Positions 38,137 through 48,300 of a stretch of DNA of 64,000 bases are shown here, in pieces; the first letter of the stretch is position 1, and each line of letters starts with the position of its first letter. Origin of the DNA: an uncultured cyanobacterium. GTDB taxonomy: Bacteria; Cyanobacteriota; Cyanobacteriia; Cyanobacteriales; Nostocaceae. The notes below the pieces were generated by a model. The model saw nothing but the letters and a program-made list of their open reading frames with translations, did no database searches and was not told the origin of the DNA. Position numbers and translations under genes: made by a program. The stretch lies in assembly GCA_963706595.1 (NCBI GenBank), contig OY970166.1, positions 1,408,001 to 1,472,000 of the forward strand. Direction: 5' to 3'.

Positions 38137-39401
38137 AAGCATTAATCCAAACTTTATCTGCTTTCAAAAAAGACCGCTTTATCCGCAATATTGGCTGGAT
38201 GGGGGCTTCTGAATTAGTAGTTAGGGTATTTCGTCTTGTTACTACAGTCATTCTCGCTCGTTTTCTGAGTGCTGAAGATTATGGTTTAGCTGCCATTGTG
38301 TTGATGACTTACGAATTTATTCGCGTCTTCACCCGCAACGGTATTGCTGACAAAATCGTGCAAGCAGAAGCAGAAGAGGTGGAAGAGTTATGCCGCACTG
38401 CTTATGGGTTGAACTGGATAATTGCCTTAGTTTTATTTATAGTTCAATGTTTGGCATCATTAGCGATCGCACAATTCTATAATAATTCCCATCTCATTGT
38501 TCCTATCTGTCTCATTGCCATTACTTACCTAATTTATCCTCTGGCAATGGTACAAACAGCCTTAATTAGAAGAGAAAACCGCTTAAATATTCTCGCCCTA
38601 ATTAGTTCAGTCCAAGTATCTACAGATAATGTACTGACGGCAATTTTTGCCCTCTCAGGTATGGGAATGTGGGCAATTGTTTTACCAAAGTTTTTAGTCG
38701 CACCCATCTGGATTATTATTACCTTTAAATATCATCCTTGGCGGATGACGAAATCTTTTAATTTTGATAGATGGCAACGAATCACATCATTTGCTAGTCG
38801 TATTTTGGGGATAGAATTACTAACAATATTCAGAGAAAATATTGATTATCTTTTGATTGGTAGATTTGTTGGCGTGGAAGCTTTAGGAGTTTATTATTTT
38901 GCTTTCAATGCTGGATTGGGAATTAGTTTAAGTGTAATTAATGCTATAAGAATCTCACTATTTTCTGACCTATGTGATCTCAAATCTCAGACAGAGTTAT
39001 TTACCCAACGCTATAGCCAAAGCCTACGCAAAATAGCTTTAATGATTGTGCCTTTGGTAGTGTTGCAATCTAGTTTAGCCCCCTTTTATGTTCCCCTAAT
39101 CTTTGGACAGAAATGGGTAGAACGAGGAGCAGTACCGATTTTAATCCTAATTTGTATTTCGGCTTTATCCCGTCCCTTTGCTGATGCTGCTTCTTTAATG
39201 TTTCGTGCTTTTGGTCAACCAGAAATTGAATTGCGTTGGAATCTCTTGTTTACTGCCTGTTTAGCTACTACTATTTGTGTCGGTACAAACTGGGGAATTT
39301 TGGGTGCTGCGGTGGCCGTAACGGTGACACACCTAACTTTGCAACCTCTGTACACCTTATGGGCAAATCGGCAAAAATTATCCAAAGAGGTGAACCCATG
39401 A
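38133..39401 (+). CDS. Wzx-type polysaccharide flippase
   Basis: ILARFLS.EDYG, NIDYLLIG....EALG.YYFA, FGQKW. Confidence 0.88.
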   Translation: MKALIQTLSAFKKDRFIRNIGWMGASELVVRVFRLVTTVILARFLSAEDYGLAAIVLMTYEFIRVFTRNGIADKIVQAEAEEVEELCRTAYGLNWIIALVLFIVQCLASLAIAQFYNNSHLIVPICLIAITYLIYPLAMVQTALIRRENRLNILALISSVQVSTDNVLTAIFALSGMGMWAIVLPKFLVAPIWIIITFKYHPWRMTKSFNFDRWQRITSFASRILGIELLTIFRENIDYLLIGRFVGVEALGVYYFAFNAGLGISLSVINAIRISLFSDLCDLKSQTELFTQRYSQSLRKIALMIVPLVVLQSSLAPFYVPLIFGQKWVERGAVPILILICISALSRPFADAASLMFRAFGQPEIELRWNLLFTACLATTICVGTNWGILGAAVAVTVTHLTLQPLYTLWANRQKLSKEVNP

Positions 39402-40363
39402 CAAATATTAATCCAATGGTGACAGTAATTATTCCCGCTTACAATGCTGCTGAGTTTTTACCAGCAGCCATAACATCTGTTCAACAACAAACTTGCTCTG
39501 ATTGGGAATTATTAATAATAAATGATGGATCTACGGATGACACAGTTGCAGTTGTCAGGCAATATCAAGAAATAGATCATTGCATTCATTTAATTCATCA
39601 ACTAAATCAGGGAGTTTCTACGGCTCGTAATTTAGGAATTGAAAAAAGCAAAGGTCAAATTATTGCTTTTCTTGATGCTGATGATCAATGGTTTCCCGAT
39701 AAACTTCAACAACACCTGCAACATTTTCAATCTCATCCCCGTTTAGGAGTGAGCTTTTCGCAAGTCGAAATACTCAACCAATCAGGTGAATCAACTGGAC
39801 AGGTTTCGAGTTCTCGTTTAACTGATTTAAACCCAGAATATTTATTATCAGAAAATCCCACCACTACTACTTCTAATTGGGTAGTTCGTAAGGAAGTATT
39901 TGCTCAAGTGGGAGGCTTTTCTTCTGATATGAGTTATTCGGAAGATTTGGAATGGTTACTGCGGGTAATTTGCACTGGTGTTTGGGAAATTGCGGGGATA
40001 AATCAGGTTTTAACTCGCTATCGAACCAGTTCTGCTGGACTGTCATCGAATTTGTATCGGATGGAAACCGGTTGGAATCAATTGGTGGAAAAGGCGAAAA
40101 TCTATGCTCCACAATTGGTCGAAAATCATTTTGCTTTGGCTCAAGCTCTGCATTTGCGTTATCTGGCTCGACGGGCTTTTCGGTTAAAGTTACCGGCTGC
40201 GGTAGGGGTGGATTTTATGACTCGTGCTTTGGTTTCTGATTGGCGTTTGTTGTTTCATCAGCCGCGACGAAGTTTATTGACTTTGGTTGCTGTGTTTGGC
40301 GCTTTGGTGATGGAGAAGATTTTTCTCACGCAGAGGCGCAGAGACGCAGAGAGGAAGAGTTGA
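39398..40363 (+). CDS. Glycosyltransferase family 2
   Basis: VIIPAYN, INDGSTD, ARN.G, FLDADD, EDLEW; ATG at 39398 overlaps the flippase stop. Confidence 0.92.
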   Translation: MTNINPMVTVIIPAYNAAEFLPAAITSVQQQTCSDWELLIINDGSTDDTVAVVRQYQEIDHCIHLIHQLNQGVSTARNLGIEKSKGQIIAFLDADDQWFPDKLQQHLQHFQSHPRLGVSFSQVEILNQSGESTGQVSSSRLTDLNPEYLLSENPTTTTSNWVVRKEVFAQVGGFSSDMSYSEDLEWLLRVICTGVWEIAGINQVLTRYRTSSAGLSSNLYRMETGWNQLVEKAKIYAPQLVENHFALAQALHLRYLARRAFRLKLPAAVGVDFMTRALVSDWRLLFHQPRRSLLTLVAVFGALVMEKIFLTQRRRDAERKS

Positions 40364-40388
40364 TAATTTTTAATTACTAATTAATATC

Positions 40389-41411
40389 ATGCCTAAAATA
40401 TCTGTGATTATTCCTGTTTATAATTCTGAGAAAACGGTTGCTGAAACGCTGGATTCGGTTCTAGCACAAACCTACGGCGATTTAGAAATTCTTATTGTTG
40501 ATGATGGTTCAACTGATAAAAGTATTGAAATTTGTCGGCAGTTTAAAGATGAGCGAATTAAGATTATTCATCAGCAAAATCGCGGTTTAGCTGGGGCGAG
40601 AAATACAGGGATTCGTCACGCGCAAGGGGAGTTTTTAGGTTTTGTTGATAGTGATGATTTATGGTTGCCACAAAAGGTGGAAAAACATCTTCAACATTTG
40701 GATAATTCGCCTAATGTTGGGGTGAGTTTTTCCCGTTCTCGATTTATTGATGAGCAAGGTAAACCTTTGGGTATTTATCAAATGCCTAAGTTAACAAATA
40801 TTACTCCCGAATATCTGTTTTGTCGTAATCCTATTGGTAATGGATCTTCGGTTGTAATTCGCAGGGATGTTTTGACAGCTATTAAGTTTGAAGCCAATCT
40901 TCATGGGGAGGTGGAAGATTTCTATTTTGATGATCGTTTTCGTCAGTCTGAAGATATTGAATGTTGGTTGCGTATTGCTTTACAAACAAATTGGAAAATA
41001 GAAGGTATTCCTGAAGCACTGACTCTTTATCGTTTAAATAGTGGTGGTTTGTCGGCTAATCTTCTCAAACAATATGAATCTTGGGAACAAATTCTTGTGA
41101 AAACTAAAGTTTATAATCCTGAATTTATTGAGAAATGGGGCAATAAAGCTAGAGCCTATCAACTACGATATTTGGCACGACGAGCTACAAGACAAAGAGC
41201 CTCACAAATGGCAGTTAGTTTACTAAATCAAGCTTTGGTTACTTATTGGCGGATTATTTTGGAAGAACCTCGACGCACGTTCATCTCTTTGATTGCTGCC
41301 TATCTATTATGGTTACTACCGCAATCAATCTACCAGTGGTTAGAGAAATTAATCATGCAAATTACAGGAGCAACTCAGCGACAACGTATTCAAAAGGAAC
41401 AAATCACTTAG
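40389..41411 (+). CDS. Glycosyltransferase family 2
   Basis: VIIPVYN, VDDGSTD, ARNTG, FVDSDD, SEDIECW. Confidence 0.92.
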   Translation: MPKISVIIPVYNSEKTVAETLDSVLAQTYGDLEILIVDDGSTDKSIEICRQFKDERIKIIHQQNRGLAGARNTGIRHAQGEFLGFVDSDDLWLPQKVEKHLQHLDNSPNVGVSFSRSRFIDEQGKPLGIYQMPKLTNITPEYLFCRNPIGNGSSVVIRRDVLTAIKFEANLHGEVEDFYFDDRFRQSEDIECWLRIALQTNWKIEGIPEALTLYRLNSGGLSANLLKQYESWEQILVKTKVYNPEFIEKWGNKARAYQLRYLARRATRQRASQMAVSLLNQALVTYWRIILEEPRRTFISLIAAYLLWLLPQSIYQWLEKLIMQITGATQRQRIQKEQIT

Positions 41412-41430
41412 GAAATAAACTCTTTTTAAT

Positions 41431-41460
41431 CACCAATTACCAATTACCAATTACCAATTA
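41431..41460. repeat. STRR heptamer (ACCAATT)x4; a second STRR (TATTCCC)x4 lies at 41931-41958
   Basis: Directly visible in the sequence. Confidence 0.85.
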
Positions 41461-41921
41461 TGACAGTTTTATTAGTTTGTTCTTCTGGTGGACATTTTAA
41501 AGCTTTGCAACAATTACGTCCTTTTTGGGAAAATCAAGAGCGAGTTTGGGTGACTTTTCGCACTAAAACTACAGAAGCAGAATTAACTGAAGAACAGGTG
41601 TATTGGGCTTACAGTCCTACTAATCGAAATCTTCCAAATTTGTGCAGAAATCTGCTTTTATCTTGGCAATTAATTAGAAAAATTCGACCAGATGTAATTA
41701 TCTCTACTGGTGCTGGTGTTGCTGTCCCTTTTCTGATTTTGGGCAAATTATTGGGTAGCAAAACTGTATTTATTGAATCGGTAACGCGGGTTAATACTTT
41801 AAGTTTATCGGCGAAATTAGTTTTACCTTTTCTCAGTGTTTTATATGTGCAGTGGCCGCAATTACAAGCCCGTTATCCTCAAGCTGAACTTGTGATTCCC
41901 CAGGAGGTTTTAAGTTATTGA
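41460..41921 (+). CDS. Alg14/PssD-like glycosyltransferase subunit
   Basis: CSSGGH, PDVIISTGAGVAVP, IES..R...LSLS, VQWP. Confidence 0.9.
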   Translation: MTVLLVCSSGGHFKALQQLRPFWENQERVWVTFRTKTTEAELTEEQVYWAYSPTNRNLPNLCRNLLLSWQLIRKIRPDVIISTGAGVAVPFLILGKLLGSKTVFIESVTRVNTLSLSAKLVLPFLSVLYVQWPQLQARYPQAELVIPQEVLSY

Positions 41922-41968
41922 AAAAAGTTTTATTCCCTATTCCCTATTCCCTATTCCCTCTTTAATTT

Positions 41969-42454
41969 ATGATTTTAATCACTGTTGGTACAGAACAATA
42001 TCCTTTTAATCGTCTGATGCAATGGGTTGAGGTGTTGTTACAGTCGGAAATGATTCAAGAAGAAGTGGTTGTTCAGTACGGCAACTCCACTATTTTACCG
42101 GCTGGTGCAAAGGTTTACCGTTTTCTTAAGGAAGAAAAGTTTCAAGATTTGATTCAGCAAGCGCGAATTGTGATTGCTCATTGTGGTGAAGGAACTTTAC
42201 TGCTTTTGGATTCTTTGGATAAGCCTTATATTTTGGTTTCGCGCAGTCAAGAGTTTAAAGAACACGTTGATGATCATCAGGTAGAACTTGGTTTAGCACT
42301 ATCGCAAATTAATGTTCCTGTTGCTTGGTGTCCGGGAGATTTGGTGCGGTTTATAGATGCCCCTAGAAAGGTTTCTATTGCTGATGTTTCTCATGCTAGT
42401 GCGCTCGCTCTTTGTCAGAGTTTACAATCTCGTTTTGGTCAAAATCTTAACTAA
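41969..42454 (+). CDS. Alg13/PssE-like (GT28 C-terminal) glycosyltransferase subunit
   Basis: ITVGTE..PFNRL, VQYG, AHCGEGT, EHVDDHQ. Confidence 0.9.
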   Translation: MILITVGTEQYPFNRLMQWVEVLLQSEMIQEEVVVQYGNSTILPAGAKVYRFLKEEKFQDLIQQARIVIAHCGEGTLLLLDSLDKPYILVSRSQEFKEHVDDHQVELGLALSQINVPVAWCPGDLVRFIDAPRKVSIADVSHASALALCQSLQSRFGQNLN

Positions 42455-42470
42455 TTTTAAGTAGGTAAAC

Positions 42471-43472
42471 ATGATGGCTACTCATACCAATAAAACAATA
42501 TCGTTAGTGACTTCTCGTTTCAACAATACTCTTTTAGTGCAGTTACCACTGCGATTAACTGTGATAGAAGCTGTATCTTTTCGGGAGTCTTTTAAACAAT
42601 GGGTAGAAGATACTACTGTTACGAAAATCATCTTAGATTTTGGACAAACTACAATTATTGATAGTAGTGGGATTGGTTCACTTATTACTAATATCAAATC
42701 AGCAAAAGCCAAAAATATTCAATTAAATGTTTGGAGTCCTAATCCCCAAGTCAAATTGGCTTTTTCTATGGTTGGTTTGGATAAAATTTTGCATATTGAA
42801 CCCGATACTGAGGCAATTATCCCTACTGTCAGTCGCAAATCTCAACAGCGTCCACCTTTAACTCATCCTTCGGTGCGATCGCCTATTAAACGAATAATTG
42901 ACATTGTAGGGGCAATTCTAGGCTTGAGTGTGACTGCTGTGCTGTTTGCTCCCATTGCGATCGCCATTAAACTTGATAGTCCTGGACCTATACTATTTAG
43001 TCAAACTCGTTGTGGTTGGATGGGAAGACGATTTAAAATTTGGAAGTTTCGCTCAATGGTGACTAATGCCGAAGCCCTCAAATCTACAATTAAAAATCAA
43101 GCTGAGGGTGCTTTTTTCAAAAATGATCATGACCCCCGCATTACCCGTGTTGGTCGCTTTCTTCGCAAAACTAGTTTAGATGAATTTCCCCAATTTTGGA
43201 ATATCCTCAAAGGAGATATGAGTTTAATTGGTACTCGTCCACCCACTCCAGATGAGTTAGAACAATACGAAATCTTTAATTGGCAAAGGTTGGATGTCAG
43301 ACCAGGATTGAGTGGTGAATGGCAGGTGAATGGGCGCTCAAAAATTCGCAACTTTGAAGATGTAATTAAGCTCGATTTGCGCTATCAAGAAAATTGGAGT
43401 CTTGGTTACGATTTTCAACTCATCTTGAAAACATTTGTTGTGGTTTTTAACAAGGATTCAGGGGCTGTATAA
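42471..43472 (+). CDS. STAS domain fused to priming phosphoglycosyltransferase (bacterial sugar transferase)
   Basis: N-terminal LDF..T.IIDSSGIG STAS motif; KRIIDI, KFRSM, DPRIT.VG.FLRKTSLDEFPQ, G.RP. Confidence 0.9.
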   Translation: MMATHTNKTISLVTSRFNNTLLVQLPLRLTVIEAVSFRESFKQWVEDTTVTKIILDFGQTTIIDSSGIGSLITNIKSAKAKNIQLNVWSPNPQVKLAFSMVGLDKILHIEPDTEAIIPTVSRKSQQRPPLTHPSVRSPIKRIIDIVGAILGLSVTAVLFAPIAIAIKLDSPGPILFSQTRCGWMGRRFKIWKFRSMVTNAEALKSTIKNQAEGAFFKNDHDPRITRVGRFLRKTSLDEFPQFWNILKGDMSLIGTRPPTPDELEQYEIFNWQRLDVRPGLSGEWQVNGRSKIRNFEDVIKLDLRYQENWSLGYDFQLILKTFVVVFNKDSGAV

Positions 43473-43517
43473 GAGATTTTTTAAATTTAAAACAGCTTAC
43501 CTTTTTACGAAATTTTC

Positions 43518-43985
43518 ATGGACACAAATTTATTACTCCATAATTTTAGTCTACAAGTTGTTAGCGATATTGACGCAATGGCAACAGTTGTAGAATGGTT
43601 CGATCAATTCAAAAGTACACAGCTACCTTATCAAATCTGGCTAGAAGGACAGACTGCTTTACTGGAAGGTTTTACAAATGTTGTGCGTCATGCTCACAGC
43701 CACCTTAGTCCTACGACTCCTATTGATTTGGAAGTACAAATATCTTCTGAATATTTCCAAATTCGGATTTGGGATCAAGGTGATATTTTCGATTTAGAAG
43801 CAGCCATAGAAAGTTTCAATCAAGAAACCAGCCAAAGCGAATTTAATCCTTTAGATCATGAATCTCAATGGGGTTGTATTTTTTTACTAAGGCTCAGGAA
43901 AGACTATGGCTGGATAATTGGTTATAACCGTGATTTGGAAAACAGAAACTGTTTACTACTGCACAAAAAATTGGCTATGTCATGA
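43518..43985 (+). CDS. RsbW-like anti-sigma factor / serine kinase (HATPase_c_2)
   Basis: EGFTNVVRHAH N-box, IWDQG G1 box; G2 box divergent (SQWG). Confidence 0.8.
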   Translation: MDTNLLLHNFSLQVVSDIDAMATVVEWFDQFKSTQLPYQIWLEGQTALLEGFTNVVRHAHSHLSPTTPIDLEVQISSEYFQIRIWDQGDIFDLEAAIESFNQETSQSEFNPLDHESQWGCIFLLRLRKDYGWIIGYNRDLENRNCLLLHKKLAMS

Positions 43986-44061
43986 TGCTAAATTGCTTAA
44001 TTTTCTGCTTTTGTGTGATGGGTTTTAAGTACGCTGTAAATTAATACCACCAAATTTCAAG

Positions 44062-44394
44062 ATGTCTATTTCAAGCAAAGTTATGAATTCGCAAGTCAAA
44101 GTGATTCAGCCCCAAGGCATTTTTAATAGTAAAAAGGGTAATCAACTCCGCGAAGAAGTGGATGAACTGATAACATCAGATATCAAAACTATTTTGATTG
44201 ATTTTAAAGATGTTACATTTATGGATAGTTCTGGTTTTAGTGCCTTGCTGATGACGCTAAAAATAGTTCGACAAAAAAATATTAGATTGGTACTTTGTTC
44301 TATTAACCAGCAAATAAATATGATCTTTGATATGACTAACACAAATCAATTTTTTGAGGTGTTACCGGATCAGGCATCATTCGTATCTGCTTAA
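44062..44394 (+). CDS. STAS anti-anti-sigma factor (RsbV-like)
   Basis: LIDFKDVTFMDSSG with the conserved phosphoacceptor Ser. Confidence 0.9.
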   Translation: MSISSKVMNSQVKVIQPQGIFNSKKGNQLREEVDELITSDIKTILIDFKDVTFMDSSGFSALLMTLKIVRQKNIRLVLCSINQQINMIFDMTNTNQFFEVLPDQASFVSA

Positions 44395-44546
44395 TACAGC
44401 ACTTCCTACTGTTATAAGGTACAAGCCTAGCGGGCAATATGCCCGCACCACAAGGGTTTTATTCTTCCAGTTTGTACCTTTCATGAACAAAATATGCTGC
44501 ATTGTTTCTGGTTTACCTACGATTTTATACTGAGGAGTTTAAGTTA

Positions 44547-45107
44547 ATGTACGGTTTAGTCAACAAAGCAATTGAAGATATGATTTGCAAATACCACGGT
44601 GAAAATACCTGGGAAAGTATCAAGCAAAAAGCTAAACTGGAAGACATAGACTTTTTTATTGGCATGGATGCTTATTCTGATGATATTACCTATCGCTTAG
44701 TTGCAGCAGCTTGTGAGGTTTTAGGCATGGAGGCAGAAGAAATACTGCAAGCATTTGGTGAATACTGGGTGACATACACCGCAGAAGAAGGCTATGGAGA
44801 ACTTTTAGATAGCGCCGGTAACTCTTTAGGGCAGTTTATGGAGAACCTTGATAATCTGCACGCACGAGTCGGCTTGAGTTTTCCCCAACTCCGTCCCCCA
44901 TCTTTTGATTGCGAACACACCAGCGAAAAGTCAATGGAACTGCACTATCAATCAACTAGGCAGGGTTTAGCACCAATGGTGATTGGTTTAATTCATGGAT
45001 TGGGAAAACGCTTTCATACAAAGGTAGATATTACCCAAATTAGTTTTCGTCAACAAGGTGCATCTCACGATATTTTTGCTGTTGAATATGACAATTCTCA
45101 AGCCTAA
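44547..45107 (+). CDS. H-NOX heme NO-binding protein
   Basis: MYGLVN, Y.D..T, FG.YW, NLD.LH (proximal His), PPSF and YQSTR (YxSxR); GAGGAG RBS. Confidence 0.93.
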   Translation: MYGLVNKAIEDMICKYHGENTWESIKQKAKLEDIDFFIGMDAYSDDITYRLVAAACEVLGMEAEEILQAFGEYWVTYTAEEGYGELLDSAGNSLGQFMENLDNLHARVGLSFPQLRPPSFDCEHTSEKSMELHYQSTRQGLAPMVIGLIHGLGKRFHTKVDITQISFRQQGASHDIFAVEYDNSQA

Positions 45108-45303
45108 CCGCTTTCGTGACTATCGGATAAATTAACGAAGTTGTGTTATTGCAAACAACAAAAAATTAAAGTTTTATCCCCATTTAACTAAAGTAAGCTA
45201 AGTACCTGTGTACAATTAATTAAACATTTTTAAAATCTGCTTTCTTGCTTTGCTAGAGCAATTTTTTAGGTGTGCTGGTGTATGCAGTTTATAATGGCTA
45301 TTT

Positions 45304-48300
45304 ATGACAAAGGATCGGGTGATCGAATCAAAACAATTCAGTCTTAATCCAGACCAATTTGCAGCTTTGTTTCCCTTTCATTTGGTCATAGATCGAGATA
45401 TGAAGATTGTCCAAGCAGGTGGAGTGCTTCAGCGCATTCTTGAACCTATCTTAATGCTTGGTAGTTTTCTTGAAGAACATTTCCAAATTAATCGCCCCAA
45501 TTGTCCAGTCAACTTTGCAGCTATTAGCCAGCATACGCGCTCATCAAAAGCGGGTTCTTCTCCATCACTGTTTCTGTTGCAATCCCATCACAAGGAAATG
45601 CAGCTAAAAGGAGAGATAGTGTATTTAGAGGCATCCGATCATCTGCTGTTTCTTGGTTCTCCCTGGATTACCGAGATTACCGATTTAAAAAAACTAGACC
45701 TGAAGCTCGATGATTTTCCTCTCTACGACTCGGTTGGAGATTATCTGTTTCTTTTGCAGTCCAAGAATTCGGCTTTGACAGATGCCAAAAAACTCACCGC
45801 CAGACTTACATCTCAACGGGCTGAATTACGAGCAACAGCATCAAGATTGAGAACGGTGATTGAAAGCTTACAAGCTGGTGTGCTATTGGAAGACGAAACC
45901 CGACACGTTATCCTATCAAATCAGGAATTTTGTGATCAGTTTGGCATTCCCGTTGCGCCAGAAGCTTTACAAGGCGTGGATTGTCAGCAAGCAGCACAGA
46001 CGAGCAAACAACTCTTTGCTGAACCAGAGAAGTTTATCCAGCGTGTGGATGAGATTCTTGGACAGAATCAAATAGTTCTTAATGAAGAATTGCCACTGCA
46101 AGATGGGCGAATCTTTGAACAGGATTATATACCTATTTTGGTTGACCAAAAATTTTATGGACATCTGTGGAAATACCACGATATTACCCAACGCAAACAA
46201 GCTGAAAATGCACTTCGATTAAGTGAAGAACGGTTAAAGCTGGCTTTAGATGCTGTAGATGAAGGACTCTGGGACTGGAATCTGGTGACTGGGGAAGTTT
46301 ATCGTAGTCCACGTTGGTTTACAATGCTTGGTTATACGCCAGAAGAACTAGAAAACGATATCAAGCTGAAAATTCGGTTGATCCATCCAGAGGATCTGTC
46401 CCTCATGCAAGAGCGACTGATAGCACATCTGAAGGGTGAGACACCTTTTTATGAGGTAGAAGTTAGGTTTTTAACCAAATCTGGAGAATGGAAGTGGATT
46501 CTAGATCGGGGTAAGTTAGTTAGCCGCGATTCTCAAGGTAGAGCGATGAGAATGGTGGGAACCCATCTAGATATTACCGAACGCAAACTTTCAGAAGCTG
46601 CACTACAGCAACAATATGAACGGGTGCTACTGCTCAAGCAAATTACTGAAGAAATTCGCCAGTCTTTGCAATGGGAAAAAATTCTACAGACAACAGTGAC
46701 GGAAGTGCAACGGATTTTGCAGTGCGATCGCGTCGTCATCTTCCAAATTAACCCTGATGGTAATGGCAAAGTTGTCCAGGAGGCAGTAGTTCCCGGATGG
46801 TCAGTCACTCTAGACCAAGATATCAATGATCCTTGTCTGAAGGCTGGATACTTTGACTTTTATCGTCAAGGACGGATTACTGTTATTTCCGATGTGGAAA
46901 CGGCAGGATTTCAACCTTGTCATCTGGAATTTTTACGGCAGTTTCAGGTGAAAGCCAATCTGGTTGTCCCGATTTTAGTGCGGGAAGATTTATGGGGATT
47001 ATTAATTGCTCATCAGTGCGATCGCCCTAGACAATGGACCCAATTAGAATTGGATCTACTCAAACACTTGGCTGATCAAATGGGTATTGCCCTGACCCAA
47101 GCACAGTTACTAACTCAAGAAACCCATCAAGCCAATCTGTTAGTACTGCAAAATGAAGAACTAAATCTGGCCAAACAAACAGCAGAGACTGCCAATATGG
47201 CCAAAAGTAATTTCCTGGCTACGATGAGTCATGAAATTCGCACCCCTATGAATGCCATCATCGGCATGAGTGGAATGCTTTTGGATACTAGCTTGACTCC
47301 TGAGCAACTTGACTGCGTGGAAACCATTCGCAACAGTAGCAATGCACTACTGACGATTATTAATGATATTCTCGACTTTTCTAAGATTGAATCTGGCAAA
47401 TTAGAGTTAGAAGCACAGCCTTTTGATTTGCGTCTTTGTGTGGAAGAAGCCCTAGATTTATTAGCTCCCCAAGCTGCCTCAAAAGGGATTGAATTGATGT
47501 ACCTAATAGAAGCAGATGTACCTACATTTATTACTGGTGATATTACCCGTCTGCGGCAAATTCTCTGGAATTTAATGAGTAATGCCGTTAAATTCACTAA
47601 AATCGGCGAAGTAGTGGTGACAATCACAGCTAGGCAGCTAGTTTCAAGTTCTGGACGCTATGAGTTGCAATTTGCAGTCAGAGATACAGGTATTGGCATT
47701 CCCCGCGATCGCATACATCGACTCTTCAAACCCTTCAGTCAAGTTGATGTTTCCATGACTCGACGTTACGGTGGCACAGGCTTGGGATTAGTCATCAGCA
47801 AACGGCTGTGCGAGATAATGGGGGGGAGGATGTGGGTAGATAGTCAACCAAATCAAGGCTCGACTTTCTATTTCACTGTTATTTTGCCAGTTGATCAGTC
47901 GGCTATTAATAGTCTCACTACTGCTGATCCTGAATTAGTCGGTAAGCGGTTACTCTTAGCAGTCCATAACACCAATTTAAGAAAATGCTTAACGTTGCAA
48001 CTTCAGAGTTTGGGATTGGATGTCCAAGTTGGGGAATCTAATACTACTATCCTGCAATATCTGTGGGAGCAAAAACCCTTTGCTCTGGCTATCTTGGATA
48101 TTGATCATCCAGATTTAGATTGTCTCGACCTCACAGCTAAGATTCGTGCTATACCCAAACAGAAGGATTTACCTTTGGTGATGTTGAGTTCTAAAGGTAA
48201 GCACACCTTAGAAGTGAAACAGATAGCATCTGAGTTTACTGCTTTTTTACATAAACCTGTGCGTCAGTACCAGTTACACAATACGCTGTTACAAATTGTT

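Noticed and set aside
44395..44503. Possible degenerate MITE between the STAS and H-NOX genes (ATACAGCA...TGCTGCAT)
   Set aside because: Short imperfect ends and no second copy in the window
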